DNA from: Candidatus Moraniibacteriota bacterium
GTDB taxonomy: Bacteria > Patescibacteriota > Minisyncoccia > Moranbacterales > GWC2-37-73
Assembly (NCBI GenBank): GCA_013336225.1
Contig: JAAXUC010000002.1
Coordinates: 74,634-138,633 of the forward strand
DNA length: 64,000 nt
Reading direction: 5' to 3'
The position numbers were made by a program, and so were the translations under genes. Within the stretch, counting starts at the first letter, position 1, and each line of letters begins with the position of its first letter. A model generated the notes under the pieces. The model worked only from the letters and a program-made list of their open reading frames with translations, was not told the origin of the DNA and searched no databases. Positions 1 through 9,264 of the stretch are shown here, in pieces.

Positions 1-2
1 TG

Positions 3-143
3 ACTGGATTCGGAACATTCAAAACTTCCGACCGAGCTGCTCGCGAAGGAATCAATCCTCAAACGAAAGCTAAAATCCAAATCCCTGCAATGACAGTTCC
101 AAAATTCACTGCTGGAAAAGCTTTGAAAGAAGCTGTTAAATAA
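3..143 (+). CDS. hup: HU family DNA-binding protein, 5'-partial
   Basis: Manual translation [46 protein letters not shown] carries the HU/IHF GFGTF, G.NP.T and PKF.AGK.LK motifs. Confidence 0.95.
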   Translation, partial: TGFGTFKTSDRAAREGINPQTKAKIQIPAMTVPKFTAGKALKEAVK

Positions 144-192
144 GGAATCATTCTATTGAAATATATTTTTTGAATATATCACAAAAGATGGA

Positions 193-222
193 AATAAAAC
201 CCACCGCAAGGTGGGTTTTATT
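193..222. terminator. Intrinsic terminator after hup
   Basis: AATAAAACCCACC-GCAA-GGTGGGTTTTATT perfect hairpin. Confidence 0.8.
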
Positions 223-296
223 GTGGACAGGGTTAACTTTTTTAATGAAAAATGGATTATGCGTAATGTATGGTTCTGAAAAAAAGCGAGCAAGAT

Positions 297-412
297 TTTT
301 TGGTTTGAATGTTTCCTTTTTCGGCACGCTCGCAATCGAGGAGCTATGATTGCTTCGCTAAAACCTCGCTCTCGCTCGCTGTTGCCTCTAAAGAAAACAT
401 TCAAACCAAAAA
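297..412 (+). repeat. Repeat family A, divergent copy A0 (MITE-like stem-loop)
   Basis: TTTTTGGTTTGAATGTTTCC...GAAAACATTCAAACCAAAAA outer inverted repeat, inner hairpin and CTCGCTCTCGCT motif shared with 21594, 24342 and 30272. Confidence 0.65.
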
Positions 413-418
413 GCAATT

Positions 419-560
419 TTATTATCTAGCGAAACGAGCGAAATGATTTGTCAGCAGACAAGCATTTCCGAGTGAGCGACGATACCAAAAGGTTTAATAC
501 CTTGAGGCTTGCCTCGAAAACCCAGGGGGTCTAGGGCTCGCCCTGGGGTATTGACACCTT
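419..560 (+). repeat. Repeat family B, copy B1
   Basis: About 140 bp matching the reverse complement of 7097-7239 (about 10 mismatches by eye) and, more loosely, 33060-33199. Confidence 0.95.
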
Positions 561-863
561 TTATTTTTCTCCGTCTATTTTGCGCACGATGTCGCGCATG
601 AGCAGGACGCCAGAGAGAAAGCAGATAGTGAAGAGCATACGCAGGATTTTCACGGCTAGCGTGAAAATAAGAGCATTGTCCGACACATAAAGATTGGTAA
701 CTTCGGCAAATAGAAGAAAAATGATGGCTGCGAGAAAAAATTTGTAGGAAATGTCCAATTCTTTTTCAACTCGCCAAACCACGCCGGCAGTATAGATGAT
801 AGAGAGAGCTAGGGCTCCAATGGTAATGGCGTTGATGGTGAGCAGTAATGTTTGATTATCCAT
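561..863 (-). CDS. Small 3-TM membrane protein
   Basis: 100-aa ORF with three hydrophobic segments, 1 bp downstream of the 484-aa gene. Confidence 0.75.
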   Translation of the reverse strand: MDNQTLLLTINAITIGALALSIIYTAGVVWRVEKELDISYKFFLAAIIFLLFAEVTNLYVSDNALIFTLAVKILRMLFTICFLSGVLLMRDIVRKIDGEK

Positions 864-864
864 A

Positions 865-2319
865 TTAGTATTTTCTTTTTTTAAGACTTATAAGGCCGAG
901 TGAGGCTAAATTTTCTTCTGTAATTTGACGTAGCGCATGCAGTGAGAGCCAATATTCACGAGAGAATAAAAATAGCCATAGTAGTAGGAGTAATAATGAT
1001 ATGGAAGCAATCAGACCGAGAGCGCTTAAAAATTCAGGATAGGTCATGAAGATTGACCCTCCCAGATTTAAAAATGGCTTTGGAGTGACGTGAAAGATGC
1101 GCTCTTGCTCAATGATAAAAGTGTCAAATTTCAAACTAGTTTTCAATTTGTAGGTTCCATCTTTTAGATAGGCAGGAAGCATGACGGTTTTTGCAATATT
1201 TTCTCCAGCAGCAAGAGTGATGGAATCTTCGTTGGTGAGAATTGAATTGCCTTTAGCATCGAGAACTTGATAGGCGAGAGCTGCAACTCGGCCATCGTAT
1301 TTTGAATCAAGCTCTTGGATTGAAACAATTGTGTCCAGATTTTTGCCTTGTACAAGAGAGTCATTTTTTAGTTCCAGCGAATAGGTGACTGGCTTGAGCT
1401 CTGGTTTTTCTTCTGGAATGACTGCTGGAGTGGTGTGATTTTTTGTGGGAGTTGATGGCAGCTGGGTTGTTGCTTTTTCTTTAGACTGGGCATGCTTGTT
1501 ATTATTGTCATTGTCATCTGTTGATGTCGAAGCAGCTTTAAAATCTATAATGAAATATAATTCTCCTGACACTGTTCGTGAAGAATCAAGTGGGTCTTGC
1601 ACCGTTACAAAAAGAGTGTGCACGCCATTGGTAATATCAAGCGGTGGATCCCAGCTCCAATAACCATTAAGATTGGCCAGCGTGTCACCATAAATTATTT
1701 GAGTGCTGTGAATTTGAAGATTGATGATTCCATAGGGAATGTTGGTGGTTCCTGAAAAACGTGGGCGCGTGGTGTCCAGAATGGTGTAGAAGCCATCATT
1801 GGGGCTTAGCGGTGCTAAGGTGATGGTTGGAGTTTCAGAATTGCTGCCACATAGTTGTGGAGAAGTGATGGTCACCGAATCTGAATCAGCAAAACCATTG
1901 CCCATTGGTCCATGTGCCGTCACGACATATGAATAGGTTGTATTGATAGTTGTATTTGTATCTAAATAGGAATTAAATGCTGTGCCCGTGACCAGCGGGA
2001 AGCCATTTCGATAGATATCAAAAAATGTTGAGTTTTCATCACTTGGCCAAGTTAGGTTGATGTTGAATTCGCCGGTATTGCAAGTTCCTGTAATTGAAAC
2101 AATTGGCTTGATGGGCGGAGCAAGAACTTTGGCAGTGATGGTCACAGCTTCATCAGCCAGAGCACTAAACTTGCTTTTAATGTCAGAGAATAAAAATTCA
2201 GGGCTATATGAAACTGACAAGATGACATAGGAAAAAAATAAAACCATGGAAACAATCGCATGCAAGCGACGAATTTTTTTCAACAGGATCTTCTTTTTGT
2301 TTTTACGTGGTTTTTTCAT
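865..2319 (-). CDS. Membrane-anchored surface protein with FN3-like and Ig-like domains
   Basis: N-terminal hydrophobic segment, FDIYRNG...YLDT...YSYVVTA (FN3-like), TRPRFSGTT...GYWSW...GVHTL (bacterial Ig-like), C-terminal TM. Confidence 0.75.
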   Translation of the reverse strand: MKKPRKNKKKILLKKIRRLHAIVSMVLFFSYVILSVSYSPEFLFSDIKSKFSALADEAVTITAKVLAPPIKPIVSITGTCNTGEFNINLTWPSDENSTFFDIYRNGFPLVTGTAFNSYLDTNTTINTTYSYVVTAHGPMGNGFADSDSVTITSPQLCGSNSETPTITLAPLSPNDGFYTILDTTRPRFSGTTNIPYGIINLQIHSTQIIYGDTLANLNGYWSWDPPLDITNGVHTLFVTVQDPLDSSRTVSGELYFIIDFKAASTSTDDNDNNNKHAQSKEKATTQLPSTPTKNHTTPAVIPEEKPELKPVTYSLELKNDSLVQGKNLDTIVSIQELDSKYDGRVAALAYQVLDAKGNSILTNEDSITLAAGENIAKTVMLPAYLKDGTYKLKTSLKFDTFIIEQERIFHVTPKPFLNLGGSIFMTYPEFLSALGLIASISLLLLLLWLFLFSREYWLSLHALRQITEENLASLGLISLKKRKY

Positions 2320-2423
2320 GAGGATATCAACTTGTTTGCATGACTGAATTTATATTGACATTATACATCAAAAAGTAACTCGCGGCTATTGGAAAAAAAG
2401 CCTAAAAGAGTTATAATTTTTGT

Positions 2424-3485
2424 ATGTTAAGAGAAATAAAAATAAAATTAAAAAAACTTGCCAGTTTTTTATCCACATCAACCTTTGTTTTTTTATTGGT
2501 GATGCCAGCCAGCACGAATTATCAATTGAAGGATTTTGGTTTTGGCAGTGGAGGAACTAGCACGGCTTCATCCGGAAATTATTCTTTGGATGCAATTGCT
2601 GGTGAAATCAGCAGTGGGAAATTGTCTTCAGCAACTTTTGGAATTGGCAGTGGTTTGACCTATACAAATCAAGCCAATGTGCCGGTGGCGCCAACATTCA
2701 CCAATCCAAACAATTATTACAATAAATTGCAGCTCATCATTGATACTTCAGGAAATCCAGCTGATACTAAATTTGCCATCGCAATCAGCACGGACAACTT
2801 TGCAACCATTACAAACTATGTGCAAAGCGACAACACGGTTGGCACGGTTTTGGGAATTGAAGATTATCAAGCATATGCCAGCTGGGGAGGTGCAAGTGGA
2901 TTCTATGTTATTGGTCTGGCTGCCAATACAACATATCAAGTGAAAGTCAAAGCCATGCAAGGAAAATTCACTGAGACTGGATTTGGTTTGGTTTCAACTG
3001 CAGCCACCGTGAATCCGACAATGAGTTTTGGAATCAACATCAACACGATAAATTTCGGAAATCTTCCAGCGGGAACAGTTGTGAATAGCCCTCAAAGTGT
3101 TACAGCTAGTTTTGCAACCAACGGAGAAACGGGAGGAAAAGTGTATATCATCGGAAAAAATGCTGGACTCTTGAGCGCCTCAAAGAGTTATACAATTGCT
3201 TCAGCGACAGCTGATTTGTCTTCAGCTGCAGTGCAGGGCTTTGGCGCGCAGGGAACAAGTGCCACGCAAAGTTCTGGCGGCCCACTTTCAATTGTGGCGC
3301 CATACAACGTTGCTGCCAGCAATGTTGGAATTGTTGACACTGCTGTGCGGGAAATTTTTTCTTCTGCCAATCCAATTGTTGGTGGCAGCGGAATCTTTTT
3401 GCTCAAAGCAAAATCATTGGCACTGACTCCAGCCGCCAGTGATTATAGTGAGATTTTAACGGTGATTGCCTCAGGAAGCTTCTAA
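2424..3485 (+). CDS. Secreted beta-rich protein with WxL-like C-terminal domain
   Basis: Signal-like N-terminus, S/T/G/A rich, ends PAASDYSEILTVIASGSF; C-terminal half resembles 3702-4778. Confidence 0.7.
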   Translation: MLREIKIKLKKLASFLSTSTFVFLLVMPASTNYQLKDFGFGSGGTSTASSGNYSLDAIAGEISSGKLSSATFGIGSGLTYTNQANVPVAPTFTNPNNYYNKLQLIIDTSGNPADTKFAIAISTDNFATITNYVQSDNTVGTVLGIEDYQAYASWGGASGFYVIGLAANTTYQVKVKAMQGKFTETGFGLVSTAATVNPTMSFGININTINFGNLPAGTVVNSPQSVTASFATNGETGGKVYIIGKNAGLLSASKSYTIASATADLSSAAVQGFGAQGTSATQSSGGPLSIVAPYNVAASNVGIVDTAVREIFSSANPIVGGSGIFLLKAKSLALTPAASDYSEILTVIASGSF

Positions 3486-3543
3486 TCATCAATTATAGCT
3501 GATGTATTCTTTGAAAAGTTATCCACAGATTGCATAAAATGCA

Positions 3544-3572
3544 TAGACGACTTTTCAAAAAAATGCTATAAT
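3544..3572 (+). promoter_or_regulatory. Sigma70-type promoter with extended -10
   Basis: TAGACG-17 bp-TATAAT preceded by TGn. Confidence 0.6.
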
Positions 3573-3701
3573 TTAATTAATAAATGTTTCTATAAAAAAT
3601 AAAAAAAATAAGCACTTCGTGCTTGAAATTGCGTCGTTCGTCAGCAAATAAAAATATTGCACAATGCTTTCATTTGCTGACTCGCTAGCAATTATAAAAA
3701 T

Positions 3702-4778
3702 ATGCAACATAAAGTTGTAAAAAAAAGCTCAGTCCCGAATGTTTTGATGCTAGTTGTCATTGGTATTGCCACACTTGCTGTTTCTGGCAAAGCTCAAGCT
3801 GGTGGTCTCGGCAATGTTTCTGTGCGATTGGATCGAATGATGGCCGGTCAGGCAACTGGGGGCACAATTTGTGCTCGTCCAATTACTACAGATACTGAAA
3901 CATTAGTGAAAATAACATTCCCAACAGGTTTTACAGTGAATCCTACCGCTGCTAACTGGACGACAAGTGTTACAAATCTGCCGGCTAATCCAGCTGGCTA
4001 CACTGTGGCTGCTTGGCCTGGTATAGGTGCAGCTGCTCAAACGGCATCTGGACAGGATGTGACTTTTGTTAGTACTGATTTGACACCAGGAACCACAATC
4101 TATTGTTTTAATTTTTCAGGGACGACAACATTGACAACTGGCACCGCTTCAAATGCTTATGTTGGATCGGTGACAACGCAAAAAGCTGGCCCAACAACGA
4201 TTGATTCATCTTCTTATAATCTTTCAACAATTACTGACGACACAATTACTATTACGGCTGTGGTGCCACCAAATTTTAGTTTTTCAATCGCTGGTGGCAA
4301 TACCGATAGCTTTACAGGAAATCTTTCTACCAGTGTTGTTTCTACTACTGGAAAGACAGCTACAATTACCACTAATGCTGCCAATGGCTGGGTTGCTTGG
4401 GTAAAAAGCGCCAATGCTGGACTCACTTCGGCCAGTGCTTCAGCTAGTATCGCCACCGCAGGAACAGTCAATAACTCTACTGCTGATTCTGACTTAGCAA
4501 GTACTACGGGTTATGTTTTGGACGTATCCTTTACAGATAGCGCAACTGCTACAACCGGAACAGTGAGTCAAGCTGCTGGATATGGAGCTGAATATGCAGG
4601 AAACGGGACGAGTTCAGGAGGAACACTTTCAACAACATTTCAACCCATTGCTGCTGCAAGCGGTGTTACTGATGGAGATACGATAACTTTAAAAGAAAGA
4701 GCAAAAATTAGCGCTATTCAAAAAGCTGCTAATGACTATACTGATACGCTGACTGTGATTGCTGCTGGAAGATTTTAA
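3702..4778 (+). CDS. Secreted beta-rich protein with WxL-like C-terminal domain
   Basis: Signal peptide ending AQA, very Thr-rich, ends KAANDYTDTLTVIAAGRF. Confidence 0.75.
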   Translation: MQHKVVKKSSVPNVLMLVVIGIATLAVSGKAQAGGLGNVSVRLDRMMAGQATGGTICARPITTDTETLVKITFPTGFTVNPTAANWTTSVTNLPANPAGYTVAAWPGIGAAAQTASGQDVTFVSTDLTPGTTIYCFNFSGTTTLTTGTASNAYVGSVTTQKAGPTTIDSSSYNLSTITDDTITITAVVPPNFSFSIAGGNTDSFTGNLSTSVVSTTGKTATITTNAANGWVAWVKSANAGLTSASASASIATAGTVNNSTADSDLASTTGYVLDVSFTDSATATTGTVSQAAGYGAEYAGNGTSSGGTLSTTFQPIAAASGVTDGDTITLKERAKISAIQKAANDYTDTLTVIAAGRF

Positions 4779-4805
4779 ATAAACACATCAACAGCTCGTT
4801 CGTGT

Positions 4806-4832
4806 AAAAACCTCCCAATTCGGAGGTTTTTT
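4806..4832 (+). terminator. Intrinsic terminator
   Basis: AAAAACCTCC-loop-GGAGGTTTTT followed by a T-run. Confidence 0.75.
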
Positions 4833-4861
4833 ATTTGTTAAAGAGCCATTTATAGTGTATA

Positions 4862-6955
4862 TTCAATATGAGATATAATAAAAAACTAACAAATCCCCGT
4901 ATGTCATTTAAGAAAACAATTGCCTTGATAGCCATCACAGTGTTGCTTAGTTTTGGAGAAACAACATCTGCTCAAACCACTGCAACCGACCTGCGCTTAA
5001 CAAGTTCACCACTCCCAATTAATCTGAAGGTTATTCCAGGCACCACCGTTTCAGCTAATATTAAAGTTAAGAATGATGGCATCAGTGCGGAAAACATCAG
5101 AATAACTTTGATGAAGTTTAAAGCTGATTCTGCTACGGGTGCTCCAAATCTTAGCGAAAGGCAAGCGGGAGATGACTACTTTGATTGGGTGACTTTTTCT
5201 GAAGATAAATTTGTGCTGCCAGTTAATGAATGGAAAACAATCACGGCAACCTTTAATGTTCCAGCCTCAGCCTCATTTGGATATTATTATGCAGTAGTTT
5301 TTACTCGCGCGCAGGAAAATGTTACTCAAAGTGAAAAGCAAACGATACTTGTCGGTGGTATGGCGACCTTGGTTTTGCTGGAAGCTCAAGTTCCAAATGC
5401 AAAAAGAGAAATCCAAGTGACAGATTTTTCAGTGGACAAATCAATGTTTGAATTTTTGCCTGCCACTTTTTCAATCAAACTAAAAAACACTGGCAATGTG
5501 CATCTCGCTCCACGCGGAAATATTTTTATCAGTAAAAGCGATCAAAAGGATGTTGCAATTTTGGAAGTCAATCCAAACAAAGGGTCAATCTTGCCTGATT
5601 CGCCAAGAACGTTTGAGGAAAGTTGGTCGGATGGTTTTCCATATTACATCGACAAGCAAGCAGACGGAAAAGTTGTTATTGATGGTAATGGTAAAACAGA
5701 ACAAGAATTGAAATGGAACTTTGCAGAGGCCTCAAAACTCAGATGGGGAAAGTATACCGCCAAGATGCTGCTTGTGTATGATGATGGCAAACGGGATGTT
5801 CCCGTTGAAGCAGAAGTGAGTTTTTGGATTATGCCATGGAGAGTGATTATTTATGCAGTCTTGATTCCTTTGATTCCTGCCTTGTCCGTATACTTTTTCA
5901 TGAAATGGAGAATGAAAAAAGCTATGAATAGAGGGAAAAAGAATAAAAAGAAATAGATGTGAATGGTGTTCAATATGAGATATAATAAAAAACTAACAAA
6001 TCCCCGTATGTCATTTAAGAAAACAATTGCCTTGATAGCCATCACAGTGTTGCTTAGTTTTGGAGAAACAACATCTGCTCAAACCACTGCAACCGACCTG
6101 CGCTTAACAAGTTCACCACTCCCAATTAATCTGAAGGTTATTCCAGGCACCACCGTTTCAGCTAATATTAAAGTTAAGAATGATGGCATCAGTGCGGAAA
6201 ACATCAGAATAACTTTGATGAAGTTTAAAGCTGATTCTGCTACGGGTGCTCCAAATCTTAGCGAAAGGCAAGCGGGAGATGACTACTTTGATTGGGTGAC
6301 TTTTTCTGAAGATAAATTTGTGCTGCCAGTTAATGAATGGAAAACAATCACGGCAACCTTTAATGTTCCAGCCTCAGCCTCATTTGGATATTATTATGCA
6401 GTAGTTTTTACTCGCGCGCAGGAAAATGTTACTCAAAGTGAAAAGCAAACGATACTTGTCGGTGGTATGGCGACCTTGGTTTTGCTGGAAGCTCAAGTTC
6501 CAAATGCAAAAAGAGAAATCCAAGTGACAGATTTTTCAGTGGACAAATCAATGTTTGAATTTTTGCCTGCCACTTTTTCAATCAAACTAAAAAACACTGG
6601 CAATGTGCATCTCGCTCCACGCGGAAATATTTTTATCAGTAAAAGCGATCAAAAGGATGTTGCAATTTTGGAAGTCAATCCAAACAAAGGGTCAATCTTG
6701 CCTGATTCGCCAAGAACGTTTGAGGAAAGTTGGTCGGATGGTTTTCCATATTACATCGACAAGCAAGCAGACGGAAAAGTTGTTATTGATGGTAATGGTA
6801 AAACAGAACAAGAATTGAAATGGAACTTTGCAGAGGCCTCAAAACTCAGATGGGGAAAGTATACCGCCAAGATGCTGCTTGTGTATGATGATGGCAAACG
6901 GGATGTTCCCGTTGAAGCAGAAGTGAGTTTTTGGATTATGCCATGGAGAGTGATT
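4862..6955 (+). repeat. Direct repeat, two 987-bp copies (4862-5848 and 5969-6955; offset 1107)
   Basis: No mismatch found by eye; translations identical up to PWRVI. Confidence 0.95.
4868..5956 (+). CDS. DUF916-like (WxL-partner / PapD-like Ig) membrane-anchored protein, copy 1
   Basis: Signal peptide, SP..I.L...PG...I.V.N, GYYYAVVF, KNTGNVHL.PRG.I, C-terminal TM with basic tail. Confidence 0.75.
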   Translation: MRYNKKLTNPRMSFKKTIALIAITVLLSFGETTSAQTTATDLRLTSSPLPINLKVIPGTTVSANIKVKNDGISAENIRITLMKFKADSATGAPNLSERQAGDDYFDWVTFSEDKFVLPVNEWKTITATFNVPASASFGYYYAVVFTRAQENVTQSEKQTILVGGMATLVLLEAQVPNAKREIQVTDFSVDKSMFEFLPATFSIKLKNTGNVHLAPRGNIFISKSDQKDVAILEVNPNKGSILPDSPRTFEESWSDGFPYYIDKQADGKVVIDGNGKTEQELKWNFAEASKLRWGKYTAKMLLVYDDGKRDVPVEAEVSFWIMPWRVIIYAVLIPLIPALSVYFFMKWRMKKAMNRGKKNKKK

Positions 6956-7096
6956 GGTGCAGGAATCTTTGTTGCAATTTTTGTTTTCATTGGTCTTAAA
7001 TCAACTTCACAAAATTTCTGGAGAAGAATTAGGACAATGTTTGGCAAAGAAAAAGAAATCATTGGCAAGAAAAAACCTATCAATAAGAAGAAATAA
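5975..7096 (+). CDS. DUF916-like membrane-anchored protein, copy 2 with different anchor
   Basis: Identical to copy 1 except for the TM and cytoplasmic tail. Confidence 0.75.
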   Translation: MRYNKKLTNPRMSFKKTIALIAITVLLSFGETTSAQTTATDLRLTSSPLPINLKVIPGTTVSANIKVKNDGISAENIRITLMKFKADSATGAPNLSERQAGDDYFDWVTFSEDKFVLPVNEWKTITATFNVPASASFGYYYAVVFTRAQENVTQSEKQTILVGGMATLVLLEAQVPNAKREIQVTDFSVDKSMFEFLPATFSIKLKNTGNVHLAPRGNIFISKSDQKDVAILEVNPNKGSILPDSPRTFEESWSDGFPYYIDKQADGKVVIDGNGKTEQELKWNFAEASKLRWGKYTAKMLLVYDDGKRDVPVEAEVSFWIMPWRVIGAGIFVAIFVFIGLKSTSQNFWRRIRTMFGKEKEIIGKKKPINKKK

Positions 7097-7239
7097 AAGA
7101 GTATTAATACCCCAGGGCAAGCCCTGGACCCGATGGGTTTTCGAGGCAAGCCTCGAGGCATTAAACCTTTTGGTATCGTCACTCACTCGGAAATGATTGT
7201 CTGCTGACAAATCATTTCGCTCGTTTCGCTAGATAATAG
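7097..7239 (-). repeat. Repeat family B, copy B2 (inverted relative to B1)
   Basis: Reverse complement aligns to 419-560. Confidence 0.95.
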
Positions 7240-7260
7240 AACATACGTATCTGCAGACAA

Positions 7261-7294
7261 CAAAAAATACCTAAATTGTTTTAGGTATTTTTTG
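7261..7294. terminator. Hairpin / probable terminator
   Basis: CAAAAAATACCTAAA-TTGT-TTTAGGTATTTTTTG. Confidence 0.65.
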
Positions 7295-7316
7295 TTTTCT
7301 GCTATAATTGTTGTAT

Positions 7317-8237
7317 ATGAAAAAGAAATTAACATATTTAACTTTAATATTGGTTGGCGCATTATTTTTTTCAAAAAATGCCTTGGCTGATGATCAAAAT
7401 TTTTCCATCAGTCCTTTTTTTCAAGAAATTAATTTGGAAAAAGAGCAAGAGAGAACGGATTTTGTATTGGAAATTGCCAATAACACCGGAGCTGCTGCAA
7501 CCTTGAAATTGTCGGTGCTTGATTTTGGAGCGCTGGACGAATCTGGTGGGGTGGCTTTTTTGGGCAGCGCTGAAGATTTGAAAAACAAATATGCTCTAGC
7601 TTCTTGGGTCAGCTTGGAAAAAGATTCAGTTGTAATTAATCCTGGTGAAAAACAAAATGTCCGAGTGATGATTGAAAACAAAGATTCTCTTTCGCCGGGT
7701 GGACATTATGCTGCTGTGATGGCCAATATGGCAAAGGAAGATGATGGAACTGGCAGTGAGTCATCAATTGTTGCGCTTGATCCATCATTTGCCTCACTCA
7801 TCTTCGTGCGCAAAGTTGGCGGTGAAATCTATGGTTTGAATTTGAAAGATCAAGAAATTGAAAAGAATTTTTTGAGCTTGCCAAGCAATGTGAGATTGCG
7901 TTTTCAAAATACTGGTAATGTCCATGTCAGTCCGCGCGGAATCATCAAGCTCACCGATCCGTTGGGACGAGAAATTGCCACTGGAATCATCAATGGTGAA
8001 TCGGCCATAGTTTTGCCAGAAACATTTCGCAAATTCCCAACTGAGTTCAAGCAAGCAGCCGTGGCTTTCATGCCAGGGAAGTATGAGCTTTCGGTGGCAT
8101 ATCGCTTTGACGGAAAAGAAGATTTTGTGACTCAGCAGCAAGTTGTCTATTTTTTCCCAATTAAGATAATGCTCGCAAGTATTTTCATGCTTGTATTGGT
8201 AGCCTTTAGCTGGAGAAGGTTTAGGAGAAGAAGGTAA
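7317..8237 (+). CDS. DUF916-like membrane-anchored protein, divergent third paralog
   Basis: Signal peptide, ISP..QEI.L, PGGHYAAV, QNTGNVHV.PRG.I, C-terminal TM plus RRRR. Confidence 0.75.
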   Translation: MKKKLTYLTLILVGALFFSKNALADDQNFSISPFFQEINLEKEQERTDFVLEIANNTGAAATLKLSVLDFGALDESGGVAFLGSAEDLKNKYALASWVSLEKDSVVINPGEKQNVRVMIENKDSLSPGGHYAAVMANMAKEDDGTGSESSIVALDPSFASLIFVRKVGGEIYGLNLKDQEIEKNFLSLPSNVRLRFQNTGNVHVSPRGIIKLTDPLGREIATGIINGESAIVLPETFRKFPTEFKQAAVAFMPGKYELSVAYRFDGKEDFVTQQQVVYFFPIKIMLASIFMLVLVAFSWRRFRRRR

Positions 8238-8244
8238 CATATCG

Positions 8245-8366
8245 TGTCATTCCGGGCTTGACCCGGAATCCAGGTTCAATACTGTAGGCTTTGTGTGGTA
8301 ACAATTTGTGATAATATTTATACTCTCATTGTAATATCCTGGATTCCCGCTTTCGCGGGAATGACA
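8245..8366. repeat. Repeat family C, copy 1 (GTCATTCC...GGAATGAC REP/RPE/dRS3-like)
   Basis: TGTCATTCCGGGCTTGACCCGGAATCCAGG...CCTGGATTCCCGCTTTCGCGGGAATGACA; second copy at 45664. Confidence 0.9.
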
Positions 8367-8406
8367 AATACAGCAATTTGTTTCAAGAATTAAGTTTGTT
8401 AATAAT

Positions 8407-9009
8407 ATGGCAGAACAAAAATCAACATTTAAAAAAGTTAGGAAATATTTTTTTTGGATAATCTTAATCTCTACCTTAGTGGTGGGATTTTTCTTTTGGC
8501 GACAACTTCAAAAGCCAGCTTCAGGTCGAATCAAAATGGTCACTCAAGCTCCAGCCTCAGTTATTCCTGTTGATGGTGCATTAGAACGTTTCGAGGGAGA
8601 ATATTTTTCTTTTGCACATGATGCAAAATATTTGCTCAAAAATCATCGAAAAGATTTTGAAAACAATGGCGTTATTCTTGAGAGTGCTTTTTTCGCCCAA
8701 GCAGATGTCAATTCAAAAAAGATTGCCGTCACAGTGGAAGATATTAGGGGGAGAGGCATGGCGGATACGGGAAACTTTTTGCTGCGCGAAAAAAATCCAA
8801 AAGTGTATGCGCAGGAAAAATTTGACATCAATGGTGCCGAGGGAATTTCTTTTTCGACCACAAATGAATCGGGTTTTTTGGAAAAAGTTTTCTTCATTCC
8901 AAAAGGTGAATATGTGGCAGAATTTGCCTTCACTCAGCCAATAACAGAGGATGGAAGCTCTGAATTGGAAATGACGGAAATTTTGAAAAGCATTCAATGG
9001 AAAAAGTGA
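8407..9009 (+). CDS. Single-pass membrane protein, unknown function
   Basis: 200-aa ORF with N-terminal TM and soluble domain. Confidence 0.75.
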   Translation: MAEQKSTFKKVRKYFFWIILISTLVVGFFFWRQLQKPASGRIKMVTQAPASVIPVDGALERFEGEYFSFAHDAKYLLKNHRKDFENNGVILESAFFAQADVNSKKIAVTVEDIRGRGMADTGNFLLREKNPKVYAQEKFDINGAEGISFSTTNESGFLEKVFFIPKGEYVAEFAFTQPITEDGSSELEMTEILKSIQWKK

Positions 9010-9071
9010 TTTGGTGCAGCAAAATGCTGACTGAAAAGGTGATTTTGAGGCTTAAACGAGGGATGATGGCA

Positions 9072-9100
9072 TTGACTTTTTCAATTTTATAGTGTATAAT
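9072..9100 (+). promoter_or_regulatory. Near-consensus sigma70 promoter
   Basis: TTGACT-17 bp-TATAAT. Confidence 0.8.
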
Positions 9101-9105
9101 GGATC

Positions 9106-9235
9106 TATAAGGCTTTAGATGAGCTGAAAGAATCGGGTGAAATACCCCGATTCTTTTCTTTTTTAAGGTCCTATAAAAAAACCGGGTGGTTTTGTATGAA
9201 TTTCATGCAAAACAACGCCCGGTTTTTGTTTCTTT
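9106..9235 (+). promoter_or_regulatory. Structured leader with two terminator-like hairpins
   Basis: AAAGAATCGGG-TGAAATAC-CCCGATTCTTT plus T-run, then AAAAACCGGG...CCCGGTTTTT plus T-run, both upstream of ATG 9265. Confidence 0.55.
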
Positions 9236-9264
9236 AAATCCATCACATAAGCAAACCCTCCATC

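Noticed and set aside
2469-3527. DnaA boxes TTATCCACA at 2469 and 3519 as oriC
   Set aside because: Two isolated boxes 1 kb apart, one inside a CDS, with no dnaA/dnaN nearby
4862-6955. Duplication as a DGR template/variable repeat
   Set aside because: No adenine-specific mismatches, far too long, and no reverse transcriptase in the window
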